A stretch of DNA of 55,763 bases, filler included, from Catajapyx aquilonaris (GCA_000934665.2; 2 parts of 2 records of this genome joined end to end with filler, not necessarily neighbours in it); one strand, 5' to 3'. Counted from the first letter of the whole stretch, positions 1-13,213 are shown. The notes: generated from the sequence alone by a model not told the origin. Translations and numbers: made by a program.

Positions 1-43
1 ACGATACAATGTAACCATCATGACCCATCACTTTTCCACATAC

Positions 44-3000
44 CTCTCTGGTAAATTGATAATGCGTATGAGGCGGAGACTGTTGCTCTCATCATGCATG
101 CTGACCAGATGAAGCGAGTTGGTAGCATCTTGTAAAATGAACTGCACATAATCTGCTGTCATGCCTGCCCACATACAGAAGAATGACGTTGCTACCCCTC
201 CATCTAACACATTAGACTCCACGAGTGACACAGTCTTGAGGAGATGTCCTGAAGGATAAGTCCATACATAGACATACTGGTGTCCGTAACCCACCAGTTG
301 TGGTGCACGACCTGAAAAAAGATGTTTCATGAGAATAATGGTGATGGAAAATTTTAAGTAGTAACTGATTGTTGGGAAACCTCCCCAGTTCTGTCCCAGG
401 AAGAGGTATATTGGTCTACTTGTTTATCTTAAGTTGAGACCAAATTTTTGACCACCATGGTGGTGCATGGGCAATATTGCTTAGGGTCAAGAACAAGGAT
501 GAAGCAGAGCAGATGTGATGCAGAAAGAAAGAAAGCCAATGCAGGAAAGGAATAAGTGGAGGAGAAAAGAAGGGGTACTTAGAAGCAGCAGAAGAAAGAA
601 AAGCATGAAAAAGGATTTCAATTGATCTCTCTCAGCTCAATGGCTCACCCTATTCATGGCAACAATTTACGTTTTAAATTTAATTAGTTGTTGGTGAGGT
701 GGTGCTTTTTGGCCAATAGAGAGCTTCCTCAGCTACATTATGCACATCCTCTCATGAAAGGTTGCAAGTTGAAAAAAAACCATGCCGCCATAGCAACCCT
801 TTCCCATCATGCCATCAAAGAGGTCACCTTTTGGCATTAATGTGGATGATGGGCAGGGAGGTGCAAGTGTAATGTCACTGCTTGGTCATTTTGTGCATTC
901 ACCATGGGTGGTTAATCTCAAGTAATATCACCTGAGGAGCCATAGCTCACTCAACTCCACACAAGAGAAAAGGGAGAAAAGCCTCAGACAGGCATCCTGG
1001 GACCCTTTCATCTATCTGAGCAGTGGTTCCCAACCTTTTCGGGCCTTCATACCCATTTGAGAGCAGATGGTCCTTCTTGTACCCCCTACCAGGATGAAAA
1101 ATTTACCGAATCCCTGACATTTAACTAATCCGTGATAATCGTGACCTAATAATCAATATTTCGGGACCAGGAATATGATGAAATGAAAGAATATTAAGTC
1201 ATTTTTTCGATTATAATCCAGCTATATTTTCCTTTGTGTAAGCCACTTATGGGCTGTGGTACGTCCAAAATTGCTCGATTTGGACTCAGGGGTACTTAGC
1301 CAGGAGGGGCACCTCGTACCCCTGGTTGGAAACCCTTGGTCTAAGGGGTTACCACAGAGCCACTCAACCTCCCTACACTGCCAGCTTTAACGGACAATTG
1401 GCATCTTGAAAAATCCGTCCCAATGTACCATTGCTTGACGTTCAAATATAAAGGTTTGTGATTTTAAAGTGGAAACGAGTGCAAAATGGAGAATTCGAAA
1501 TGTTGATTTTCGTAATACTGGAATAGATGGGACAAAACCTAGAGTTTCAATTTTTCATCTGAATGTGTTACGAATAACTTGCACTGAAAATCATGGCAGC
1601 TGGAGGAAACATCAAATTTAGAAGGGATCCTCTGAAGCTGAATTTAGGGGAATTCCCTCTGAAGGTCATGGAGGGCAATATTTGAAAGCAGGGATCAAGT
1701 GGAGCTACATTCCCTATTGCTCATGTCCCAGGATGTCATTCTGGAGCTGTAGACAAGTCACCACAAAAACACAATTTATCCACATATGAGGGGCGTTTAA
1801 AAAAAAGAACGAACTTTGTAAATGGCTCGTCAACTGGCACAGCGAGCATGTTGCGGCTACTGACGGCACCTAGAAACATGTCTCGACAACTAACGTCCAT
1901 TTGGCATATTCCACTGTGATCACTGGTCATCCACATACATCCATTTAAGTGAGAACTTGCACAAGCTGTTCGTCGGAATAGTGACAAAGTGAAAATGAAA
2001 GAGCTTGACGAGCATGTTTGTGTGAAATTTCGCTGCAAAATTGGTAAAAAGATTTCAAAGGCATTTCAGTTGCTATACCAGGCATACTTGGTAAGGGTAT
2101 CCTTGACCAAAAGAGACACAGATGAGTCGGTCAAAGGTCAAGGTGACGGTGGTTGTGTTTTTGGATCGGAAAGATATTTTCCATTATTAAGTTGGACCAT
2201 GTGTCAGAGGGTAGACAAACAGTGGTACGGGAATGTTTTAGTGCATTTGAGGGATGCTGTGCCCAGGAAGAGGCTTAAATTGTGGGAAAGCCAGACTTGG
2301 ATGTTACGCCATGGCAATGCACGGGCTGACACATCGCTCCTCGTCACCAGTTATCGGGAAAAACGTCAGACATCATTCTGTTGTGCCAATCTACCCCTAT
2401 TCTCCAGACTTAGCCTCAGCAGATTTTTTCTTATTTTCAAAACCTAAAACCAATTTGAAATGAGGTCATTTCTTAACCACAGAGGTCAATCACAAAACGT
2501 GCATTCCAAGAAGCACTCCAACAATGGACGAAAAAATATTTAAAAGGACTTATGCCAGTAGAGGGAACTACTTTTGAAGGGGACAGTGCTTAAAATGTTA
2601 CAAATTGAGCAATAGAGTCTGTATACGAGAAAATGTTCAAAATGCTCGTTTTTTAAAAACAACCCTTGTAGGTGTCAAGATAATACCCCCAATGTTAAAG
2701 ACACATGAGAAGATGGCACCTGGTGGGGGATTTTGGGGCAAAATAGCAAGGAAAATGCATTGACACATTTTATTGTAAAATTTGTCAGGCTATTCCTGAC
2801 CAGTTGGTGATGCTGAATGGGGAAGAGAATATAAATCTATTGTGTTTTCTTCATTTTGTGGGCATTTATGGCTCAAAAAAATTACACGCCTTTTGCACAT
2901 AAAATATACACATAACCCTGCTCCATGCAGGTCTACCCCACCTTATACTGGCATGCCAGTAAAGCAACCAGAAATGTTTCTAAAATCTGGTCACTATGTT

Positions 3001-6000
3001 TTTATTGGCATGCCACAGATTGTGAAGTTAACATGTTAGTGAAAACCAGTCTCCCTGAATTAGAATATTTTGACCTGTTATGGGACCTACCTTGGATATA
3101 ATGCATGGATGTGACAGGTGCTCTTATCGGTACAAATGCTAAACTGTCAGCCTCATGAAGGTCCTTTCCGTATAGCACTAAATGTGGCCGTGCTACCTCT
3201 GACGAGGTTAGCACCACCCCTGCTTCCTCAGTGTTACAGACAAGAATTGATGATGCATCAACATGTCGGCTGCTCCTCCACCTCACTAGTCTGGTCCTGT
3301 ACACCTTTGCTTTCACAGTGAGAGAAGCATCACACACGACCATGATTCCCATGACTCCATCTTGGTCTCTCCACATTATAAGAAGGCCCACCATTGTCGA
3401 AGATGCTAAAAGAACTGATTTAGTCTGAGAAATACTGAAGTGAGAAGGCCCAATAAGCCCATTGGATTCCTTGTTCACCACCTTCTTCTTCCAAATGGTA
3501 ACCCAACGATCTTCTTCCTTAAGCCAAAGACAAGCAGTTGAGTCTTCTTGCATGGTGTAAACCACTTCCATTTTCAGAGCTGGAACTACACCAGCATGCA
3601 TGGCCAAGACCTTGTTTGGAGCAGGATCTTTAGCTACTTGGTCATTACAGGCTTTTCCAGGAGGGTTTGAGTAATTGCTGCCACCTGCCATCGAAATTTT
3701 GTCACCCATGTGTTTGCCAAAGTCATTCATTGGTAGAACAAATTCAGATTCACACATGATAAAATCTTTCATTTTTTGTGTTAACACCGGAATTATGCAA
3801 CCTGTGGGTTTAGCTGAGGATGTAGCAGTTGGGCAATCATCCACAGTGGTCAGTCCTTTCATACCAGCTGTGTGTGGTGTTTTCAGTTTTCGGACGTCAT
3901 CAGCTTGTGACCGTGCAGATCCCTTGTGAGGTGTTCCACACTCCATTTCCACTGTAGCAGATGAAAAAATTTTGCTAGGAAAATGTTGCAGTGATGGTGC
4001 TTGCAATGACATTGTCAGTTTGGGCACTTCATTTGGAGTCTTTCGTGACTTATCTATTTTTCGTAACCGTTTTGGTGACTGGGACAATTTTTGCTTATCA
4101 TCTGCCGTGCTTGTGACATTAGCCATGCCTTGATCTTCCTTCCAATAATCAACACCATTGGCGAGTGCTACCCAGTTAACATTACCACGGCTCTTCCTCC
4201 TGGCCCCTCGACCTAAGGGCTGGCCCAAATCTGGAACAATCTCCTTTAGAAGCTCTTCAAAGTCTCTCTCAGGAATGTATTTGAACACAGGCAACTCTTC
4301 TGGCTTTTCCCCTTGAAATGCCAACACCAATCGTCTTGCAAGCAATGCCTCCTCATGAAGCATCAGTTTCTCTTCATCCTCCTGAACGAAAAATTTCTGC
4401 AACCAAAAGAAATTACTGTACATTAATCACTGATATTACAATTGAAAAATACTCAAAGTGAAACTATAATTCCTAAGGGGAAAATGAACCCATACCCCCA
4501 TTCCCATCAGTCAATTGCCATTTCTACGGCAGGATCTTATCAATTACCAGTATTACCTCACCTAAACCAGCATGGCATTGTAGTCGAGGTTGGCAATCTC
4601 TAGAAATGCATAATCTGGTGATTATACCGGCATGCCGGTATGAGTCGAGGTTTTCACTTACATTACCCTTTCAGAACTTGATATTTGCCTGTCATCAACA
4701 TCAATGAACTGGCTAATCAAATAGGCGCATCTTCCTAATATAATACCGTAAAATTATTGCTTTCAATTAGTGTGTATCAATCATTATACAGGGTGTCACA
4801 ACATTTTTGTCTGAACAGTTATCAGAAATATTGCACTATAAGCTGCTACTTTGTAAGCAGTGGCTTGCAACTGATTTGTCAGAGGATATTCCCTGCGAAT
4901 CTTAGGTTGAAGTGGCATACACTGCTTACAAAGTAGTGCAATATTTCCTATAACTGTTCTGACAAAGAAGTTGAGACACCCTGTATGCAGTGAAATAGCA
5001 ATACCTTAACAAATTTGGCATTGAACAGGGTTGATAAAACAAGAAGCATATTATTTTTTTTTTTGAAAGAATCGAATATGTCAGTTGTATCTTTATTCGG
5101 AAAATAAAATAAATCCCAAGCTGATTTTGAGGTTACACTATTTTTTTGAAATTAACCCTAATTCGTTTATTAACATTGCTGATATTATTGTTAACTATCT
5201 GCCAGTGTGCCTGAAGCGTTAAAACCAGTGAGACTTGCGACTAGCGAGCTATTGAGCAAACCGAAAGACTGAAGATGTTTCCCTTGACCCTTTGTGATGG
5301 AGTTTGGGGTTCCCCCTCTCAAAACAGGCTGAAAATGTGATTGGTCACTTTATATGCACTGTGCAACAGAACTTGCATATTCTCACAGCCCTGTAAACTC
5401 GCCCATTTTTCACCATAACATTATTTTCGTATGGCACCAGAAGCATTCAAAAATTTTTGCCAAGGAGCAATATATTATGGAAATCTACTTCTGTTATTGC
5501 GGCATGCCAGCCACCCGTGTCATACAGGCATGCTGGTCGACCTCCTTTTATACAGGCATGCTGATTTAGGTGAGGTAAGAAGGTACTTCACAATGTTGTC
5601 ATAATTTCCAAGGAAAGATAGAGATCGTCATCATTACAACATGTAATATCAGTCAGCTGGCTCCTCCTGAGTACACCAGCCTCCAGGTCAACCTCTTTTT
5701 ATACTGGCAGGCCATTATTTGCATGCTAATGTGCTATTATTATCGCAATTTTTTGCATACAGTGGCATGCCAGTTTGAAGTGAGGTAATTTTCGTTACCT
5801 CTTCCTTTCCATTTTAGAAATGGGTACATTTATGTTAATTGTAATTGAAAGACTTGGTAGAAAAACATCTTAACCAGTGTAGTTTGAGTGCTGTTCATAA
5901 AGTATCCAACCTGAATTTTTTCTGTAGAGAAAAATACAGCACTGGAGGGGTCCTCCGGTAGGGAGGTTGGGAGTACCTTCATGAGTATTCGTGAATTTTT

Positions 6001-9000
6001 TCTTGCCTGAAGAGAGCAACTGTCACTAGCAGTCAGCCTGTGACTGATGGAGGGTACTCGGCATCTGTCAGATTTTCATTTTCTGCAAATGATGGAAAGA
6101 CTTGAACAGTGGTACGACCCACGACTCATGGCAAGTCATCAAGGTGTTAAGGAAGTCGGGGTCACTGAGAAGTCCTGCATGTCATGCAAGATTTCCAGAT
6201 GGAGTTGCTTCTGCTATCGGCCAGAAGCTTCTGTACGAATTTTGTGGACATGCTTCGCAAGGCCAAATCCTCCCTGGAAATGAAATGTACCTAACCATTC
6301 CTTATCCCCACCCACATCCACAGCTCTCAGACGGTGACACGAAGGTCCTGCATAACCAAACGTCTGCACTTGGTCAATGACCTTTTCATTTCAGCTTGTT
6401 GAGGGCTTAACAGAAAGTGAGTCGCTCTGCACTGATGTACGGCCATCTTTGAAAAGGTTTTACCACTGCTTGATTTGTTTGATGCCCATGGTATCGTCGC
6501 CAAAAGTCTTCTGAATTTCCAGAATGGTTTTCACTTGGATATTGCCAAGCATGATGCAAAATTTGATGCAAGTCTTTCGGTCATTTTAAAAAAAATAACA
6601 AATCTAACCGGTGCCGAGTATCCTCTGTTTCACACTGACACTGACAGCTAGTCGGTGATGCTCTCAGCAGGTGGGTTAAAATTCACAAATACTCATGAAG
6701 GTACTTCTTGCCTCTCTACAGGAGGACGCCTCCTATGCTTCATTTGTTTCCACATAATAAATTCAGGCCGGGTACTTTTTGAACTGGCAGTTAACATGTG
6801 TTTATCCCGAGCCCTAAAAGTAACTGTTTCATATGATTACCTCATTGCAAAAATATAACTACAGTAAAACTTCAATAAGTCGAATTTCTCTAAGTCGAAG
6901 TTCTCTATAAGCCGAAGAAAATTATGAGATTGGTTGGTCACAATGTAAAATAATAGGAAATAAACTTCCCTAACTCGAATTTCTATGACTCAAAGTTCTC
7001 CATAACTCGAAGTGCAGGCAGGGCCTTACGATGGGATATCAATACATTTTCAGTCTAAGTCGAAGTTCATGTTGGCGAGTACGGAAAATTGTCTAATTTC
7101 TCAGGCGAAGGGTAGAGAGTAGGCCACATGTACAGAAAGGCTCAATTTCCGGATCTCAGTCTACCAGACGTACCAAAAGAAGTGTTTGACTCGATTGTGA
7201 CAATCGAATCCTTGAATTTAAGAGTAGGCAAATGTCCATAAGGGATATTTTTTTACCCCAAAACAACGAGGAACATTGTAAGTGTGATAGTGACAGTTAT
7301 TTTTAAGTTATGAACACCTTTTGTCGCTGGATATAAAGGTAGGCTTCATTATAGCGTTATGTGCTTAAAAAATTCCAAACTTCTCTAACTCGAAGTCTTT
7401 TCCCGGTACCATGGAGATTCGACTTATAGAAGTTTTACTGTAACTACTATGATATTATGTCAATTGGAACACACTATATTTGAAAAAACATCACTGGCAC
7501 CAAGACACCCCCATACCACATTGTGACTTTGTTTCATGATATTTCATGTTTTTCTTGAAGGAGGATAATGACACTACTGCGAGAAAGGGAATCACAAACA
7601 CACCGTACTTGCAAATATGTCACAAGCCAAATATCTTCAAACATAACCAAAAAGAAGTCCAGTCATTTATACACATTTCTTCAACATTCGTCATCTAAAG
7701 AGAAGCACTACCACAAACATGGAGACAAACTCGCCCTAGCCCTAGGAAGCAATTCGAGTGGTTAATGCATCTTACAAGAGCAGTCTTGCCTGTCTATAGA
7801 GCAAGACCAGCCAGTCCAGTGTGAATTATGTCATGTCTATTACATTAGATATTAGAAGTGGGGGCACAAGTGAACATGACTGTTCGGCCCCCCAATTTGT
7901 TAGAAACAACTGTTGGATAGGGCGAAGCAATGTCTAACCTGGCTTGCATGTGTGAATTACCGAGGTCGTTTCTTATGGAGAGAATAATATATTATGAAAG
8001 GTTGTGGAAACAGTAGTTGTATGTACAACACAGATGTGGCATTAATACTGCATATGCTACCTTGATTTGTTTTCATGGTATTATAGTTGATACTAGCAGG
8101 TGACCCAGCGGGGTCATAAAGTCGAGGAAAGGTCTGAGGTGGCCAGTCACGCCTCGGTTAGCAGAATCGACACATATACTAATTCCGGTAGGATGTGTAA
8201 AACGATGAATGTGGATAGATTTGGGCCAGAAACAGTCTGAACGGCCACGGTTTTTTCTCTTTTTATTTGATTTACTAGCAGGATACCCGGCGTTGCTCGG
8301 GTTATGAAATACTTTTCCATAGGAGCGACTCATTGATTTGGTAGTTACCTTTGCAATAATTAAGGCTATACAATGTTGGCATACCTGTAACATGGAGCAT
8401 ATTGCATGAAGTCCAAACAACACACTAAGGACAGGGAGCATATACTACATAAGAGGCGCAAACTTCTGTCGGGCCATTGTTGTTCGCGTCTCTCTGTTTA
8501 TAGGGTGTTGCCAAGGCCGGCGGCCATCTTGACGTGTGTGGGATACCAACGAGGTATAAATAGGGTACAGGCAAAAAAAGGTCCGCCATCTTTGATGGTT
8601 TTGGCTGCCATGGCAACTACACTGCAAGAACACGCGCGAATTTGAATTCGATATTGGAAAATGGGTAAGTAAATTGTTATTGCCGTGTATTTCCATGGCA
8701 GCCAAAACTATCAAAGATGGCGGACCCCCGCGGACCTTGACTGCCTGCCTGTACCCTATTTATACCTCGTTGACATACCACACACTTCAAGATGGCCGCC
8801 AGCCTTGGCAACGCGATAAACAGAGAGACGAAAAAAATCGACTGTTTGCGCCTCTTATGTAGTGTATGCTCCCTGCTAAGGATGTCAGATTGTAAAAAAA
8901 CACACAATACACCTCCAAAAACCAGCAAAAGTATGCATTGAAAAATTTAAGGTTGTGCAGTAAATGTAGAAGGAAATGTAGAATGTAGAAGCTCCAGCAT

Positions 9001-11892
9001 GGCAGAGCTTACAATCTGACATCCATTGTGTTTTTGGGACTTGATACACATGCAATATTTGGTATGGCCAATTACGTTCATAATTGCATAGATGAAGCGT
9101 GTTGTCTCGAAGCTTCAACACAATATCCCTCTTATTACCATGCTCCTGACCACTCATGATGACAGCAATCTCATTGCAAGAAGATTGATTGAATCGACCA
9201 CGATGCTCACCTTGTGGTCGCTTGTCTACATCGATGACCAAGTCAAATTCCAGAGGAGGAGGACTCTCAAGTGCAAGTTTGAAGCATTTGACGCAAACGT
9301 GTGAGTGGAATGGATCATCTCCTGAAGTTGCAGTATGATGTCGAGGCGTGTGCCATTAAGTAGGCGCAGCGGTATTCCGCCTGCTGATGCATGTTCCCCA
9401 CAAAGTAAAGCTGCAGAAACTGCGGACTCTGATTTTCTAAAGGAAGGAGTGATCCCATGCGACGGTAAATTTGCCCTTGCACTTTAAATGTAGGCATGAA
9501 GCCCCCTTCTCTAACAACGTTGGCCCCAAAAGATGTCATCTGGAAGGCCGAATTGTAATTTCTGATGGTCTTCAGGAAATGTTTTGAATCAGGTGATGTG
9601 CCTATAAGAGGAGCATTTTAAGTAGCTGTGGAGGCTCAGCCAGTAGAGGAAGGCTAACCTTTCCAATGGAGCAACAGATCGTTTTTGTTTCACCCTTCCA
9701 CTTCTTTGCCTGACAATGGTGGCATACCTCTGACATAGATCCAATTGCAACAACATTGACAGAAGAATAGTCCATTTCTGCTGAGTAGTGGAAAGCGGCA
9801 TTTAGGAGGTGGGTTGATGAAAATGGAGCTAATCTCCGACTGATGGCCGCGTTTCTCATAGAGTGGAGACATGCTTGATGTTCTTCCTCAGTCTCTTGGT
9901 CCCTCATCCTTAGCCGAACTCTGCGTGTATCCAATGTGCTTCTGCCAATGCTGCTATGTTCTTTAGGCCCATCTTAAAGTCGGTGGGGGTGTTGAGAATG
10001 TGGAGGTCCACGTTACAAAGTGAAAAAGCAAACAAATGCAAAAAAGATTGAAAACTACATGACACAGTACCTACGTCGACCACACTATGCCACACCTTAT
10101 ACTCGTAATACCATTATACACATTATACCACACCTTATACACCTTATACCTTTATACCACACCTTAAACACATTAAACCACATCCCATAACGACTTATGA
10201 AAATACTTTGAGAATGTGGAGGTCCAAATTTTACAAAGGGGGAAAAAACAAATAAAAGCAAAACGATTGAAAACTACATAATACGAACGTAACACAGTTC
10301 GGAACAGGAGAATTCCGACAATAGCACATGACACAGTACGTAGAGGAAAAGGTATGGCAGATAAAGTACGCCAAGAAAATCCCGACAAGCTGCCTGAGCA
10401 AACAACCCAAAGCCGCTATTCTTACATACAGCGCATTTGTACCACCAGCTCGAACCCTGGGCCTGCCCCGAGGCCGTAGGTGGACCCAGCCACCGTGTCT
10501 AGGATAAAAATGGAATAAGATACCAGGATATCAAGATGTGGGTGGAACTCGTTCAATTATGAACAAAACGTGATCATTACGTATAATATTACACCCAACA
10601 TTCTCGTAACCCAGGTAACAGTCTGTGAACTTGGAAATGGAACGACGTATGCAGCCAATGTGAGTACAAAGCACTGACCAAAGTACAGCCAACACGTAGA
10701 AATGTAATAACACTGCTGATGCGCTGGAGGAGGAAGCAGCATAGGGGAGGGGGGGGGGGAGGAGAAGGAGGAGGCAAGGATATGGTTTCCAAGGCAACTG
10801 AACAGCATTATTAGAACACAGGGGGCCAACATCCAAAGTTCTTTTCGCCTCCAGTGGCCATGGATGACCTCGGAGGTCAATTCTAATGTGCTTATGACAT
10901 TCCCAGTAAAAAACTACCCCTAATGATACCCCTGGGGCATATGTTGGGGCCTCCGTATGGATTTGCATAGCGAATGACAGGAAAGACAGATATACGTCGA
11001 GAAATATGTATTAGATTTTTATTTTTATTTTTACTATTTAACAAAAAAAAAAATCCTACCCCCTCCCCCTCATCCCGTTTTCCCTGAAGAAATGTGCCCA
11101 TGCCAGGTGCAAAATTTTGTATGTAATGTGGGGAATGTTCCATATGCCGTGTTAAAGAGCACATTGCTAAACTCAGCCACTGCCACAGCAGGAAGTAAGC
11201 AAGTCGTTGTTTGAAATTACATCCAACAATTTTTCAACAATGACTTGTTTACTTCCTGCAATGGCAGCCGCTGAGTTTAGCAATGTGCTCTTTGTGTCTA
11301 GGAAGTCTTAATAGGACGAAATCACGTGCAGTGTTTTCCTGGCATGACTATACGATACGAACTCATGTCAGGTGGCCATCGTGCCTTGGCTAGTGTAGTT
11401 GACGGGTGCATTGAATTAATGGACATGTAAAAAAATAAAATAAAAAAAAGGTCTGAGACTTCGATATGAATGGTGGCATTTCCATGACAACTTGAAAAAT
11501 ATTGTTGAAGGGATATTGTGTTTATATTGATATGTTTGTATTGCTGAGTTGGTTATTGTCGCAGAGAGTTGGGAGAGGAAACGGGAATATGTTTATTGTG
11601 TGAGTTAGGCTCATTTTCGGAAGCTAAAACATGTGATATTAAATTCCCCGAAATAAAAGTAATTGCCAGTGTGCCAGTTTAAGGCAGTGTATGGGCATTC
11701 CCCTGGATTTCTATGGCAAACAAACAAACCCACACACAAACACCTTCATTTGTAGATATGTAGATGTAGATGCATAATCTGACAAACCCTACATGCAGCT
11801 GGCCACTATGAACTCACCATGACTGCCTCTTCATCTTCCTGGGTCAGCCTAACGAAAGGCTGAGCCCAAATAGGGCAGATCTTCTCGCTCAT
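44..11892 (-). CDS. PALB2-like protein (partner and localizer of BRCA2), 3'-partial. Coding exons 11818-11892 (exon begins 11898), 3091-4381 (alternative in-frame acceptor gives 4396) and 44-311
   Basis: Splice phases are consistent: ...GTCATG|gtgagt to ttcgttcag|GAGGAT (phase 0); CAAG|gtaggt to ttttcag|GTCGT (phase 1, giving IQG-RAPQLVG); GAGAG|gtatgt. EFVLPMNDFG (3716-3745) resembles the PALB2 MRG15-binding DFQLPDEDFG. IQGRAPQLVGYGHQYVYVWTYPSGHLLKTVSL...LHLVSMHDESNSLRLIRIINLP resembles human PALB2 WD40 VQGMQEALLG...IVIWNLKTGQLLKKMHI...[22 protein letters not shown] (recalled from memory). Confidence 0.65.
1021..1338. mobile_element. hAT (Charlie-like) MITE, degenerate
   Basis: Ends CAGTGGTTCCCAACC ... 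GGTTGGAAACCCTTG; both flanks resemble NTCTRRN. Confidence 0.55.
1785..2670 (+). mobile_element. Decayed mariner transposon
   Basis: TA-flanked imperfect TIRs (tatgaggggcgtttaaaaaaa / ttttttaaaaacaacccttgta). Frameshifted transposase remnants CVKFRCKIGKKISKAFQLLYQAY and PYSPDLASADFFLFSKPK. Confidence 0.85.
4554..5577. mobile_element. Non-autonomous DNA element with TACCTCACCTAAA TIRs, hosting a nested MITE
   Basis: tacctcacctaaaccagcatg ... catgctgatttaggtgaggta, with repeated GGCATGC subterminal motifs. Confidence 0.5.
4787..4985. mobile_element. Tc1/mariner-type palindromic MITE
   Basis: TA|CAGGGTGTC...GACACCCTG|TA, with ~75-bp inverted arms. Confidence 0.8.
5885..6795 (-). mobile_element. 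Decayed mariner element with long inverted ends (boundaries approximate)
   Basis: The minus strand encodes CIKFCIMLG...KTFGDDTMGIKQIKQW*NLFKDGRTSV (mariner N-terminal HTH). The end regions are inverted copies (gtaccttcatgagtatt / aatactcatgaaggtac). Confidence 0.75.
6860..7442. mobile_element. Tigger/pogo-type MITE
   Basis: TA|CAGTAAAACTTC...GAAGTTTTACTG|TA, with subterminal TCTCTAAGTCGAA-type repeats. Confidence 0.85.
8432..8875. mobile_element. Fold-back MITE with a 7-bp TSD (P-element-like), nested in the Helitron
   Basis: ctaagga|CAGGGAGCAT...ATGCTCCCTG|ctaagga, with ~200-bp inverted arms. Confidence 0.8.
11154..11293. repeat. Palindrome / mini-MITE inside the Helitron
   Basis: aaagagcacattgctaaactcagc ... 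gctgagtttagcaatgtgctcttt, with ~60-bp arms. Confidence 0.8.
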
Positions 11893-12860
11893 GGTAGCCT
11901 GAAAGAGAGAGAAAGATACAATAAGCCTATGCCCAGTGGTGTAACCCTCTTTCAATGTGAGCGATTTATAATAACCCTGTAGTGTGGCGCGGAAGGCTCC
12001 TGTTTTCTTCGCTTCATATTACTCGTGCGGTTCTCGTAGCCGGCTCAGTGGGAGAGTGGCACAGAGGGGAGAGGTCCCGGTGCCGCTGAACAATCGACGC
12101 AGACGTTGCACTGTTGCGGCGGCACGCTGTAGCGTTTGCCAGGAGTGCCAACGGACAATGGTGGCTATTTGCTCCGAGGGAGGGAGGGAGAGAATCAAGC
12201 TTGGAAATAGCATACATGAGCAGGAGGTGGCAAGTCCTCTTAATTGCCCCCGTCTCCATGCTCGTCAGGGGGCGCCGTATGTTGACGTAGACGCCTAATA
12301 ATAATTTCATCAATTTCATGTAGCTACTTTAACAACAAGTCAATCAATTTCGTGGGCGTTACTGCCCAGATTTCTTTCTACGGATCATACTTCTTATCGT
12401 TTCCGCATGTAGCCATATACCATCACTGCGTAAATTTTGTAGTATCTGCTGGTAATAGCAAGAGCTAATGGTAATAGTTAATTTTCAACAACAAAGCAAT
12501 ACGATGTTGGCTCCCAGGTTGACCTATAATTCTCACTTACAATTGTAGTTTATTGTGGTTTGTAATGATGTCGGCCAACTCTATCAAGCCACCCCTTCAC
12601 ACAATAAGGTGTTTTTATTTGAAGCCACTGGACATGTGAGACTTGGTCCTCGTCCACATTCCCCGACATCAATTTTGAAGTCAAAAAACACAACCGCTTC
12701 CACAGGACACCATCAGTTGAATAAGTAGACTAATAGACGGTTGGTTCGACTCCTTGGTACGAACGTAATTCCAAGCATGAATGACGTCACGTGACGGCAC
12801 AATGCAAGCCGGTTTTACACCGAATTTGCGACCCTCAAGGAGAGAGTTCTTGCAAATAAT

Positions 12861-13213
12861 AATAATAATAATAATTAATAATAATTGATTGGGTATTCGG
12901 CTAGCCCCAGAGGGGCCTTCTGCCAGACCTTTATTTCGATGGTACAATTTTTGGGAATCCTATTTTTGAAGCGCCCGGGCCCACGGGCAGGATGACAGGA
13001 GGGGATGTGCAAAGTGCAGTGAATCTGACGCTGTGGCCATTTTTAGTGAACTCCCCCGGGTGGTCTAGTCTGTAGGATATACCACCCGAGACGAAGCCAG
13101 AGGTGACCCTGAACTCTGCACGAGATGAAGGGGGTGTCCCCGGGCTGGGATCGAACCCGGGACCTTAACATCCGTGGGCGCGCACGTTACCGCGGCGCCA
13201 CTCCGTCTCCCCC
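12861..13213 (-). mobile_element. tRNA-derived SINE, family B
   Basis: Minus-strand box A TGGCGCCGCGG and box B GGTTCGATCC; (ATT)n tail; perfect 17-bp TSD gagttcttgcaaataat (12844-12860 and 13214-13230). Confidence 0.9.

Larger units (their letters stand above)
8275..11770 (-). mobile_element. Internally deleted Helitron with frameshifted Rep/Hel N-terminal remnants
   Basis: Minus-strand 5' end A|TCTACATCTAC...GTTTGTTTG; 3' hairpin CCCGAGCAACGCCGGG followed by CTAG|T. Coding remnants at 9092-9934: CHHCQAKKWKGETKTICCSIGKVSLP, YNSAFQMTSFGANV..FMPTFKVQGQIYRRMGSLLP..QFLQLYF, EHRGRFN...EIAVIM..RDIVL. Confidence 0.85.

Noticed and set aside
6870..7010. CRISPR-like short repeats (also 10080-10170 and 21425-21510)
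   Set aside because: Irregular subterminal or tandem repeats of transposons, with no constant-length unique spacers and no cas genes, in a eukaryotic context.
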